A DNA stretch of 64,000 nt from a virus, in the IMG/VR virus record IMGVR_UViG_3300019776_000919, positions 96,001-160,000 of that record; one strand, 5' to 3'. A program made the translations under genes and the position numbers. Every line of letters begins with the position of its first letter. Position 1 is the stretch's first letter. Positions 55,670 through 64,000 of the stretch are shown piece after piece. The notes beneath the pieces are model-generated. The model did no database searches. It was not told the DNA's origin and saw only the letters and a program-made list of their open reading frames with translations.

Positions 55670-56602
55670 TTACAGCCGAACCAGACCAGAGGTTGAATTG
55701 GCAACCAAGCCGGTGAGATTGCGGACGGCGTTGCTGACCACGACAGCGGTATCGGATGCCCAGCTCTTGATGACAGATGCCGTGTCTTCACCGGCCACGA
55801 TTTGCATGGTCGAAACGATGATTTCCGGCAGCTTCTTGTAGTCCGACACGGGGATTGCACGTTGCCCAAGAACCGATTGCCAGGAATCCTTCACGTTCTT
55901 TCCGTCGTACCGCATTGCTTGCCCTTCTTCAATGATCATGTGGAAGACGTGGTACTTGTTGGCCAGGTTCTCCAAAAGCTCCTTGTTGGTAGCGACGGGC
56001 TCTTGGCGATTGCCATAAACCCGGATCAAATCTTCAGCGGTCAAGTCCGGCGGACAGCGTTCATCACCGAAGGTGAAAATGAAACCCTTGCGGTTGTCCT
56101 TTTCAAACGCATCGGCTGAGGTGTGGTAGGCCGCAAAGTGCCAGGGCAGGTTGTAGCTTTCAAAGCTATTCCCGCCGCCGCAACCTTCAACCCACAGCTT
56201 ACCCAGTTGATCGACAATTTTCATGTCGGTTTCAAACTGCGAGGCTTGAAGAGGGGCAGTGTCACAGAGCACGTCGCCAATGCCCATGAACATCAGGTGC
56301 GGGTCAGAGACAGGCTTGCGGTCGATGACCTCTTTCAACAGAATGCCGAGACCTTCTTTGGCGATTTCCAAAGCGATGCTGCCCATGCTGCCGGTCACGT
56401 CCAGAGCAAAGATGCAGGGGGTCGATTTCGGATTGCCGTCCGAGTTGCGAGACTCACGCACCATGAAAGTCTTCGGGTCCAGGTACGGGTCCAAAGACCG
56501 GGCTTTGAATGCATCCTGGGCCGTAGCAGCCTTGGCGTAGGTTGTTGCTGAAACCGTACGGTATGCGGCAAAGTCGAATGCACTGGTGGAAGTTGATCCC
56601 AT
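55670..56602 (-). CDS. vWA (MIDAS) domain protein
   Basis: ALDVTGSM, GGGN..ESY, FTFGDE. Confidence 0.85.
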   Translation of the reverse strand: MGSTSTSAFDFAAYRTVSATTYAKAATAQDAFKARSLDPYLDPKTFMVRESRNSDGNPKSTPCIFALDVTGSMGSIALEIAKEGLGILLKEVIDRKPVSDPHLMFMGIGDVLCDTAPLQASQFETDMKIVDQLGKLWVEGCGGGNSFESYNLPWHFAAYHTSADAFEKDNRKGFIFTFGDERCPPDLTAEDLIRVYGNRQEPVATNKELLENLANKYHVFHMIIEEGQAMRYDGKNVKDSWQSVLGQRAIPVSDYKKLPEIIVSTMQIVAGEDTASVIKSWASDTAVVVSNAVRNLTGLVANSTSGLVRL

Positions 56603-56615
56603 TTCTTTTCCTTTT

Positions 56616-56840
56616 TTACGTCAAATTGACGATTTGTATGGCGTGTATACGATTACCATACTCAGATTGAGGGGTTAATTTTTCTCCGTGATCTTCGGAC
56701 AAAACCCCATTTTTATCTTGAAGTACTGTTATATACTCAAGATACACGTTGGAGTAGATATGACTATTTCTAGAGCATACTACTACCAGGTCACTGTCAT
56801 CTGCTTGTTCCAGCAACTTCCTGAGTTGCCCAACGTTCAT
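56616..56840 (-). CDS. hypothetical protein
   Basis: 74 aa, coupled to the upstream gene. Confidence 0.7.
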   Translation of the reverse strand: MNVGQLRKLLEQADDSDLVVVCSRNSHIYSNVYLEYITVLQDKNGVLSEDHGEKLTPQSEYGNRIHAIQIVNLT

Positions 56841-57163
56841 CAGGGTTCCTTTACGAAGTTGATCGGGTTCAGTTGAACATAGCCATGTGCCAATAAGGCA
56901 TTGGCCATGTTTTGCTTTCCAACTGGGTTGGAAGTAACGAGTTGAACATTGCGAGGTATTAGTCCACGCTCCAGACCCTGCTTCAAAATCTCATATCCGT
57001 TGTGGGCAGGGTTTTCTTCACCCAAATCGTGATCCAAACACAAGTGAGTCCAACCACCTTTTGCCAAGGCTTCAAGCCCAGCATCAAAAGTTCTGGCAAT
57101 GAAGTCACAGTTCAAATCCCGGATGTCATCTATCAACAACCAATTTTGTATTTCTTTGTTCAT
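56840..57163 (-). CDS. cyclic-phosphate-processing receiver-domain protein
   Basis: LLIDDIR, LCLDHDLG, GYEIL, TSNPVG..NM. Confidence 0.8.
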   Translation of the reverse strand: MNKEIQNWLLIDDIRDLNCDFIARTFDAGLEALAKGGWTHLCLDHDLGEENPAHNGYEILKQGLERGLIPRNVQLVTSNPVGKQNMANALLAHGYVQLNPINFVKEP

Positions 57164-57168
57164 CGAGC

Positions 57169-57540
57169 TTATCTCTTTCCTTTTACAATACCTTGAAACC
57201 TGCTACTAGGTACTGCAGTGAAGGGGCTTTGATATTTCCGTTTATACCCCAGTTCCAGGATACAACTAAAGATCCTAGACCGTGCTTTTTGAAAAGCTTC
57301 TTTTTCAGATTCCTCCAACGGCACATCTGAATGCAGTGTTATCTGCGTCGCCTTTCCATCTTTACCGGCTGTTTGTTCTGTCAGTACTTCAACTACTTCC
57401 TTGACCGATGAGTTCGAAATGTCGAACGAGGTTAAATAATTGATAACCGTAGAGCTTCGGGTTGAGATGTGTAATCCATCACCCAGGTTCTCAGCGGTTT
57501 CTTTTTGGAAACTCATTCGAATTATCAATTTTTTATTCAT
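57169..57540 (-). CDS. hypothetical protein
   Basis: 123 aa after a promoter. Confidence 0.7.
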   Translation of the reverse strand: MNKKLIIRMSFQKETAENLGDGLHISTRSSTVINYLTSFDISNSSVKEVVEVLTEQTAGKDGKATQITLHSDVPLEESEKEAFQKARSRIFSCILELGYKRKYQSPFTAVPSSRFQGIVKGKR

Positions 57541-57584
57541 GGTTTAAGCTAAGTAAGAATAGCTGACATATTGTCTATACTATT

Positions 57585-57613
57585 CTTATACCATAAATTA
57601 CAACGTTATTGAT
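57585..57613 (-). promoter_or_regulatory. conserved promoter (ATCAAT-N14 variant)
   Basis: TGGTATAAG with an upstream ATCAAT. Confidence 0.72.
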
Positions 57614-57616
57614 TAC

Positions 57617-58678
57617 TCAATAAACATCGGTTTCGGTAAGAGTCAAAGTTTCCCAACGAGGGGTTCCGTATGAACTCCGCTTAACTTTTTCCCACTCTTT
57701 AAAAGCCTCGATAGCGTCTTCCTGTGCGGGTGATATTGCCCAAGTTATAAATGCATCGGGGATATCGGGATTCAAGCGAAGTTTTACCCCGTGAATGTCC
57801 CCTAGCAATTCCCGGCCCAAAGCCTTGATCATCTCAAGCACATGCTTGATAGAAGCTTTCTTTTCAACCAGTAGGCTCGGACAAATCTTTGCAGTTCTTG
57901 CAGGAATAGCTAGAGGCTTTTCCCCGATGCCTCGACTATACTGCCACCCGCCCTCCAGAATAACCCCGTGGGTTTTCGGGTTTATGAGAATTGTTCCCGG
58001 AGAGATATCCAGGTTCAAAACTTTTCGAATCTGCATCAAGCAAGCCAAGCTATGCAGCCTTGACATAATCCAAACCACATGTTTCGGGTCCAGCTTACGT
58101 TTCTCCAAAACGTGATTCAATGCCAAAGTGGCCCTATCTTTTGGAAGAATGCTGAGCACGCCCCCGTTTTCCAGTACTCGGAATTCCGTCTGCAACCTTG
58201 AAGCGATGTACAGATTTTCATCCGAAGCCATTTCCGGGGGTAGCGGAGTAGACCAAAATTTCAAGTTTTTCTTGGCTTGTTCAACCAAGTCAAGATTATC
58301 TCTGGTAAATTCAGACCAGACATAATACTTGCCCATGTAACGAATACAAGCCCCGCCTTGATCATCTGATTTCAAAAACGACACTTCTAAGAAGCTGGTG
58401 GGCGTCGAAAAAGATTTGTAGTTATCTCCCCCCCAAACCCCGGCATTGATGTGCGTTTCCGCCAAATCCTTCAACTGCTTGATGTGCTCGAAAACTTTTG
58501 TAGCGAAAACTTTATCGTTTTCCGATGCGTGTTTGTCAGGATGCCATTTGCTAGACAACCTCCGCCATACCTGCGTTGTCTGAGATTGAGAATTAGGGAA
58601 CATCATGTAATAAAACTTGATGTCGAGTACTTGATTTCCGTTAAGGGAAAGAATTTGTTCCGGAGTCAAAGTCAGCAT
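57617..58678 (-). CDS. J-domain plus protein-kinase-like fold protein
   Basis: WRRLSSKWHPDK (J-domain HPD); HVVWIMSRL...NLDISPGTILI....HG..L.GGW degenerate kinase core. Confidence 0.75.
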   Translation of the reverse strand: MLTLTPEQILSLNGNQVLDIKFYYMMFPNSQSQTTQVWRRLSSKWHPDKHASENDKVFATKVFEHIKQLKDLAETHINAGVWGGDNYKSFSTPTSFLEVSFLKSDDQGGACIRYMGKYYVWSEFTRDNLDLVEQAKKNLKFWSTPLPPEMASDENLYIASRLQTEFRVLENGGVLSILPKDRATLALNHVLEKRKLDPKHVVWIMSRLHSLACLMQIRKVLNLDISPGTILINPKTHGVILEGGWQYSRGIGEKPLAIPARTAKICPSLLVEKKASIKHVLEMIKALGRELLGDIHGVKLRLNPDIPDAFITWAISPAQEDAIEAFKEWEKVKRSSYGTPRWETLTLTETDVY

Positions 58679-58779
58679 GATGAATACTGGTTTAAACGCG
58701 TTTTAATCGATTTAAATAAGCAAGAAGCACCGACCCCTTGCTTTTTAATTTGGCTACAGCCCAGGCCCTGTAAAAGGCT

Positions 58780-59844
58780 TTACGGAGATTTGGGAGGAGT
58801 CTCTTCCTTTACCGTTTCTTTGATCAAATCTTCTTGCTGCTTAAAACCCAAATACACCAAGTTCAGACCTGATTGGTAGACAGAGGCCTTACGGATGGTC
58901 TTGAGGTAAGGCAACTCGGGTTTAGGCTCCAGGGCCGAAGTTGTAGAGGTGTGCGCAGCAAGGATGCAGTTGGTAAGAATCTTTTTGAAGGATTCAGTAA
59001 GAATTACGAGCCCGTCTCTTACTGCAGTGATTGCACTGTCCGGAATTTGCAAAACACCACATCCAGACATGTAGTTTTCGGTCAATTCGGTGAGACTGAA
59101 GGTAGTGTCTTCGCTGATCTGAATCAGCTTAGGTTCTGGAAGAGAGATGTATGCATTTGATTTCACTGCGACTTCTATGGAATCAATTGCAAGTTTGACA
59201 CCCCCTCGTTTATGAAAGTTATCCAAGTGGGAACAGCAAGAAAACCCGAAATAAACGATGTAAATATTCTTTGTTGGGGTGAATTTTCGAACTTGCACTG
59301 CAATGGTAAATCCGCCTCTCGAAGAGGTGTCATACCCAAGGGTCATCAGGCGGGAAATATCCCCGGTTTTTAATGAATTACCAAGTTGATCGAAGAAGTA
59401 ACTAAACAAGTCCCCTTGCTCTTCTTTCCGGGGACGCTCTGAGGGATTCCAACTCAAATCCAAGTTGCGGAAATGTTGAATGAGAAACCGGTCTCGATCA
59501 GGGTGCGGGGTTACCACCTCTTTTACCGGAGTTTTTTTCTTGGCTGTGTAGATGATCCCTGGAGAGAGAATCTCTTCAACCTCTTTGTCGAAGCTAACTT
59601 GCAGATTTTCCATCAAAGCAAACAGGTTAGCTTGCTCCCCAAGTAGGTAATTTTTACCACTCTCCAGTTTAACAATTCCTGGACGAGAGCCCTTTTCCGG
59701 TTGGTGAGCAACCACTTTCTTGTAAAGAGTCCCTACTTCTCCCCCGCTTTGGAGAATAAAGATTTCATTGGGGTTCCCGCCTTTAACCCGGTAGAATGCA
59801 TAGTTACGAAACAGGCCACGGACGTTTAATTTTTCGATGTTCAT
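58780..59844 (-). CDS. hypothetical protein
   Basis: 354-aa ORF. Confidence 0.78.
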   Translation of the reverse strand: MNIEKLNVRGLFRNYAFYRVKGGNPNEIFILQSGGEVGTLYKKVVAHQPEKGSRPGIVKLESGKNYLLGEQANLFALMENLQVSFDKEVEEILSPGIIYTAKKKTPVKEVVTPHPDRDRFLIQHFRNLDLSWNPSERPRKEEQGDLFSYFFDQLGNSLKTGDISRLMTLGYDTSSRGGFTIAVQVRKFTPTKNIYIVYFGFSCCSHLDNFHKRGGVKLAIDSIEVAVKSNAYISLPEPKLIQISEDTTFSLTELTENYMSGCGVLQIPDSAITAVRDGLVILTESFKKILTNCILAAHTSTTSALEPKPELPYLKTIRKASVYQSGLNLVYLGFKQQEDLIKETVKEETPPKSP

Positions 59845-59846
59845 GA

Positions 59847-60926
59847 TTAAAGAGATTTCAGATGTTGATAGAAATAGAGCGCATTCCTTGCTAGGAATTC
59901 GCTTGAATTATTGCGGGAAGTAGTTCGCAACGTGTCTAGGTTAGGAGATGAATTTATCAACCCTTCTACCTCCGACATTAAATCTTCCGCCATTTTAATG
60001 GCAACAACCGGCTCTATTTTGCCAGTCTTTATATCCAGAAGAATCTTTGATTCTGTCATTGGATACGTGACATATCCTTTCAGCAGGATTTCCTTTGCTT
60101 GCAAGACTAATCGATAAGAATGCAAGGCATGTTTAGAGTCAAAACCATTTTCTAAAGCTGCATGGGATCTGCCAGCATAGGTCCTGGTTAAAGCTTCCAG
60201 CATTCTATATAGATTGTCAAAACTGGATTTTTTATTTACGGGCTTTTCATAAACCAAGAAATGGGATTTATCTTCTGCCATCGGTAATTTGTGAGTTACC
60301 GCAAGGGAGTTGAAAAAATCCTCAGGCATTGAGGCATGCACATTAGAAATCGATTTTCTATTGGCATCCATCCACGCCATCATTTCTTTGAATTTCTGAA
60401 GTCGAAGCAGTCTTTTACCAGTCGATTCTAGGCTTTTCTTGGAGAACGCAATCATGGGGGCTAGATCTATGGCAGTAACCGCTTCCCCGAACCTATTCAA
60501 AAAATCTATTGTCAAGGCCCCTTTTTTAAATCTAGAATCGAATTGTTTCGCATCATGTCGACTCTTGATAAAAGACATTGTCTCAATATTTTGAATAATT
60601 CCCCGTAAATATCCGTCCAGTAGAAATGGTAAACTTACAAAAGTTACTTCGATTGTGTTCTTGTCAGACGGTTTAGATATGCCTTCCCCAGTATTCTGAA
60701 TAGAACCATCTACGTTATAACGCCTACTATTAATTTCAGGTATGTTGCCGACTGCGATCTCTTCCAATCGAGGCATATAAACAGCAACAAAGTCCCAGTC
60801 ACTATCTTCAGTATTTGTTCCGTACATTCTGCTACCAAACGGCGTAAGCATAAGAATGTCCGGATGAACTTGATTCAGATTAGTCACCAATAATTCAGTG
60901 ACTCCCTCTGGGTTAAATAAAAGCAT
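59847..60926 (-). CDS. Pol-beta-superfamily nucleotidyltransferase (RlaP-like)
   Basis: FGSRMYGT....SDWD; C-terminal D.KHALH..RL...LLDIKTG. Confidence 0.82.
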   Translation of the reverse strand: MLLFNPEGVTELLVTNLNQVHPDILMLTPFGSRMYGTNTEDSDWDFVAVYMPRLEEIAVGNIPEINSRRYNVDGSIQNTGEGISKPSDKNTIEVTFVSLPFLLDGYLRGIIQNIETMSFIKSRHDAKQFDSRFKKGALTIDFLNRFGEAVTAIDLAPMIAFSKKSLESTGKRLLRLQKFKEMMAWMDANRKSISNVHASMPEDFFNSLAVTHKLPMAEDKSHFLVYEKPVNKKSSFDNLYRMLEALTRTYAGRSHAALENGFDSKHALHSYRLVLQAKEILLKGYVTYPMTESKILLDIKTGKIEPVVAIKMAEDLMSEVEGLINSSPNLDTLRTTSRNNSSEFLARNALYFYQHLKSL

Positions 60927-60945
60927 AAGCTTCCTTTCTATACTT

Positions 60946-60975
60946 CTTATACCAATATTACAACTTTATATTGAA
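60946..60975 (-). promoter_or_regulatory. conserved promoter
   Basis: Exact TTCAAT-N15-TGGTATAAG. Confidence 0.8.
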
Positions 60976-61883
60976 TACTGCTTAAATTCAATTAGTTTTC
61001 TAAATTGAGTCCATCCAAGTGAATTACCAGACATCAAAGTTGGCCGCTCGTAGATAGAAGGGGTAAGCTGATGTTCCATCGGAGACGCATGGAAAGGATT
61101 ATCCTCATTGTCAATATCCATTCCATAAGTCAGTTTTTTAAACAAAGCCAAATCATCTTCTAATGTAGAAGTGACCCCATGATGAGTCTTATAAGAAGTT
61201 CTGGCGCAACGAGATGCAGACACTGCTAAGGCGTTGTTTAATCCTAGCGTACGAAATTCTTCTTCTGAAACGTAAGGTAGATGCCACTCCCCTTGTTTTA
61301 GCTCCTTAGGAGTCGATTCGTTCAGGGCAGTTTTCACTGCTTGGGTTAAGTATATCATTTCATCTTGGGCATCGGGGTGATCGCGTAAATGGAAAAAGTT
61401 TTCAAAAGTAGTACCAGTTAGGACCACTTTAATAGTCGAAGCCCATTCGAGTGGGCGTGATGCCCATTGTTTATGTACCCCTAACGCAGTCAATTTTTTA
61501 CAGCCTTCAGCCACTGCGTTAACCATCTCCATCCAAATTCGATTAGCCTCTTGTTGATCCTCTTCTGAAAGATTGTCTTGAGAAGCTCTCATTCCCGGTT
61601 GATTTTTACCCCAACGAACTGGAAAAACCGGTGCTTTTTGAATAACATCAATTTGCTTCAATGTAGGGATTGCTCGTGAAGAGCTGGCGTTTTTAGAAAA
61701 TACCCGATGAGTATTTAATTCTGCAAGAATGAATCTGGGAAATTCTAATTCTAAAGTAGTAGCTCTATGTAGATGAAGGTTTGTGTAATAGCTGTCTGCG
61801 ATTACCTTAGCCGTAATAATTGACGTAGAAGGTAAAACAGGCATCTCAGTTTTTAAAGGGTAATTTGGAAAAGAGTATGGCAT
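60966..61883 (-). CDS. thyX: FAD-dependent thymidylate synthase
   Basis: ELNTHRVFSKNASSSRAIP, LRDHPDAQ.E, RCARTSY, HASPMEH. Confidence 0.85.
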   Translation of the reverse strand: MPYSFPNYPLKTEMPVLPSTSIITAKVIADSYYTNLHLHRATTLELEFPRFILAELNTHRVFSKNASSSRAIPTLKQIDVIQKAPVFPVRWGKNQPGMRASQDNLSEEDQQEANRIWMEMVNAVAEGCKKLTALGVHKQWASRPLEWASTIKVVLTGTTFENFFHLRDHPDAQDEMIYLTQAVKTALNESTPKELKQGEWHLPYVSEEEFRTLGLNNALAVSASRCARTSYKTHHGVTSTLEDDLALFKKLTYGMDIDNEDNPFHASPMEHQLTPSIYERPTLMSGNSLGWTQFRKLIEFKQYSI

Positions 61884-62023
61884 ATTGACAATAGTTTTTA
61901 GATAAGGTTAAAATTATACACTCTGCAGTTAAATGTACAACTTTTTAAATTTCATTAAAGAGATTGACTAAAACAAATATTTACTGTAAGATACAAATAC
62001 ATTAACTATCAATACAAACACAA

Positions 62024-62512
62024 ATGGCAAAATATCTATTTAACACTACAAATTCAATTTATCTTTTTAAGGGGGGTAGTTTGGAAGTGCCGCCGAAGGG
62101 TCATAGACCCGTATCTGATACGGATTTCAATTCCGGTATTTTTGAAGATGCAATTCTGACCGGGGCTCTTAAAGTCTACAATACTCTAGAGGAAGTTCCT
62201 GCTGTTGATACTAGCTATGAACCTGCGCCGATTGAAAAGGTAAATCAAGGAGTGAATGGGGCTAGTACTGAGGAGCTGAAAGCATTCATTGCTTCAAAGG
62301 AAGCTAAGAAACAAGCTGAAGCGGAAAGACTGCAAGCTGCTATTACCCCGACTGTATCGGAAACAATTCCAGCCCCTACTGTTACTCCGGAACCTGATCC
62401 AATCCCTGATGCCCCGGCTGTCCCGGTTGAACTTAAAATAGAATCAACTGAAACTCCTGTTACTACCCCTAAGAAGACAAAAGCGCCCAAGAACGCTGAT
62501 GGTAATTCTTAA
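62024..62512 (+). CDS. hypothetical protein with Pro/Thr-rich tail (probably structural)
   Basis: 162 aa, plus-strand block. Confidence 0.7.
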   Translation: MAKYLFNTTNSIYLFKGGSLEVPPKGHRPVSDTDFNSGIFEDAILTGALKVYNTLEEVPAVDTSYEPAPIEKVNQGVNGASTEELKAFIASKEAKKQAEAERLQAAITPTVSETIPAPTVTPEPDPIPDAPAVPVELKIESTETPVTTPKKTKAPKNADGNS

Positions 62513-62531
62513 TCACTAGACGATTGAATCG

Positions 62532-62969
62532 ATGGCCTCTATACTCACCCCTGAAAAAGTCAGAGAATATATCTCCGATTATCCTGAAAAGAATTTGCTT
62601 CTTGATGATAAGGAATTCTCTGACACGTTCATTGAACTATGCATGGACTTAGCGGTAAGTGAGTATAATTCCATGACCCCGAAGACGGGATTTAATGAAG
62701 AAACCTTTCCTTCTAAATCCCTATTAATGATGGGTACATTATGGCAAATGTTTCTAGGTAGATCGGCCTTAATGGCGAGAAATCAATTGTCCTACTCAGA
62801 TGGGGGATTGCAAATACCCATAGAAGAAAAATATGAACTCTATCTAAGTTTAGCTAATTCTTTTGGGACTCAATTTTCCACAACTGCCGCTAGATTAAAA
62901 GCATCTCTTAACATGGAGTCGGGTTGGGGTGAAGTACGTAGTGATGAAGCTATGTTCCCTATCTGGTAA
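62532..62969 (+). CDS. probable head-tail adaptor/neck protein
   Basis: 145 aa, helical with SYSDGG hairpin; inferred from size and pattern. Confidence 0.5.
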   Translation: MASILTPEKVREYISDYPEKNLLLDDKEFSDTFIELCMDLAVSEYNSMTPKTGFNEETFPSKSLLMMGTLWQMFLGRSALMARNQLSYSDGGLQIPIEEKYELYLSLANSFGTQFSTTAARLKASLNMESGWGEVRSDEAMFPIW

Positions 62970-62988
62970 CTAGTAATTTACTTTTACT

Positions 62989-63020
62989 AAAAAAAGGCCT
63001 AATCAAGGCCTTTTTCTTTT
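62989..63020. terminator. bidirectional intrinsic terminator
   Basis: A7-GGCCT-AATCA-AGGCC-T-run between convergent genes. Confidence 0.85.
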
Positions 63021-63023
63021 GGA

Positions 63024-63983
63024 TTAAAGAAATCCAAGTTTCTGAATCGGAGTATCGATTTTCAAATCTGCTTTGAGATTAGTAATCTCTGCAAGGCTGA
63101 AATCTTTTCCATCCAAAGCGGTATTGTCATGGCCATAGTAATTCTTAGCCACAATTTTTGCCTCATCCCTGGTCAAGCGACGGAAATCTAGGATATCAAA
63201 GCAGCGTCCTTTGCGCAGCAAAGCCGGATCAATACTACTAACGTTCGGCAGGTTAGTACTAAAGATAAGCTTTTTATGCTTGAAAGAGATCATGCCATCC
63301 GATGCGTTGAGAAGTTTTTCCATCAACTTATTTCCTTCTGCCCGTGCTTGCAGCAGATCATCAGCATCTTCAATGATAAGAAGATTGGCGTCGTCCCGGG
63401 TAAGGAAAGAAGCAAAGAAACCATCAGAATTCAGCAGATGACTATCGTAAGTAATAACTGCAGAAGTTCCAGCTGCCTTTACCAGGTGTTTAAGGAAAGT
63501 TGTTTTACCGGTCCCAGGGGATCCCTTCAAAACCAAGACGCATTCATCAGAATCGATAAACGTTTTTGTATAGTTTTGAATAGTGTCTTTCATCCAGGGA
63601 TATGCCCCGGGAATTTCGTCTTTCAAAACAATTGGTAAATGAAACTCTTCCATTTCCCGATAGTTAGGGCCAAACACCCAGTCAACCATGACTTCAGAAG
63701 GTCGAAAGTCTTCTTTTGAAATCCATTCGGTAAACCCGTTAATGGCTTCAACAGTGCCGCTAGCAGTAACGTTTAGATTATTTCCTCGAAATCGAAACTC
63801 CAAGTAAACCGAGCCAGTCGGTCCCGCTTGGTTATTCCAAAACGCGTAAGCATTGTGCGTACCATTCATATAGAACGGGTTAAAACTTTTTGTAATCCAA
63901 TCAGGAAATACGAAATTCGATTTGCAAAGTACGTCGTAAGTTTTAGTAACTTGGTTCAACCCCAGATTAATGAACTCCTTCAT
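63024..63983 (-). CDS. AAA+ ATPase
   Basis: GSPGTGKT, IIEDAD, STN, DPALLRKGR. Confidence 0.9.
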   Translation of the reverse strand: MKEFINLGLNQVTKTYDVLCKSNFVFPDWITKSFNPFYMNGTHNAYAFWNNQAGPTGSVYLEFRFRGNNLNVTASGTVEAINGFTEWISKEDFRPSEVMVDWVFGPNYREMEEFHLPIVLKDEIPGAYPWMKDTIQNYTKTFIDSDECVLVLKGSPGTGKTTFLKHLVKAAGTSAVITYDSHLLNSDGFFASFLTRDDANLLIIEDADDLLQARAEGNKLMEKLLNASDGMISFKHKKLIFSTNLPNVSSIDPALLRKGRCFDILDFRRLTRDEAKIVAKNYYGHDNTALDGKDFSLAEITNLKADLKIDTPIQKLGFL

Positions 63984-64000
63984 CCTTTGAAATTCAAAGA

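Noticed and set aside
1-64000. Stop-codon reassignment (alternative genetic code)
   Set aside because: Long conserved genes are intact in the standard code and no suppressor tRNA was seen; the single internal TAG at 50594 is better explained by frameshifts

Overview
This window is a segment of a large, AT-rich tailed-phage genome read in the standard genetic code. Minus-strand accessory/early genes sit behind a conserved promoter, TTCAAT-N15-TGGTATAAG (about 10 copies). They alternate with plus-strand morphogenesis genes: probable portal, prohead protease, scaffold-like proteins, cement protein, major capsid protein and a transglycosylase. A phage multi-subunit RNA polymerase is split into three ORFs. 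The 2.3-7.9 kb region is a dense RNA island. It holds tRNA-Gly, tRNA-Asn and two tRNA-Ser genes, a tRNA-Lys(UUU) split by a group I intron with a PD-(D/E)XK homing endonuclease, a permuted two-piece tmRNA, a variant-core hammerhead ribozyme, three tRNA-shaped RNAs with enlarged anticodon arms, and several unassigned helix-closed RNAs. A ~580-bp inverted repeat lies at the strand switch near 17.9 kb. The two strongest candidates for an undescribed system are (i) a tandem array of 14 small SH3-like paralogs, 13 carrying a bacterial beta-clamp-binding-type motif Q[LM][EG]LF at the C-terminus, and (ii) an N-terminal NKYLxKIA signal with K-x-A protease sites that marks capsid cargo and also marks a helicase and a LigD phosphoesterase beside a DNA ligase. 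All family assignments come from motif recognition by eye; no searches were run.
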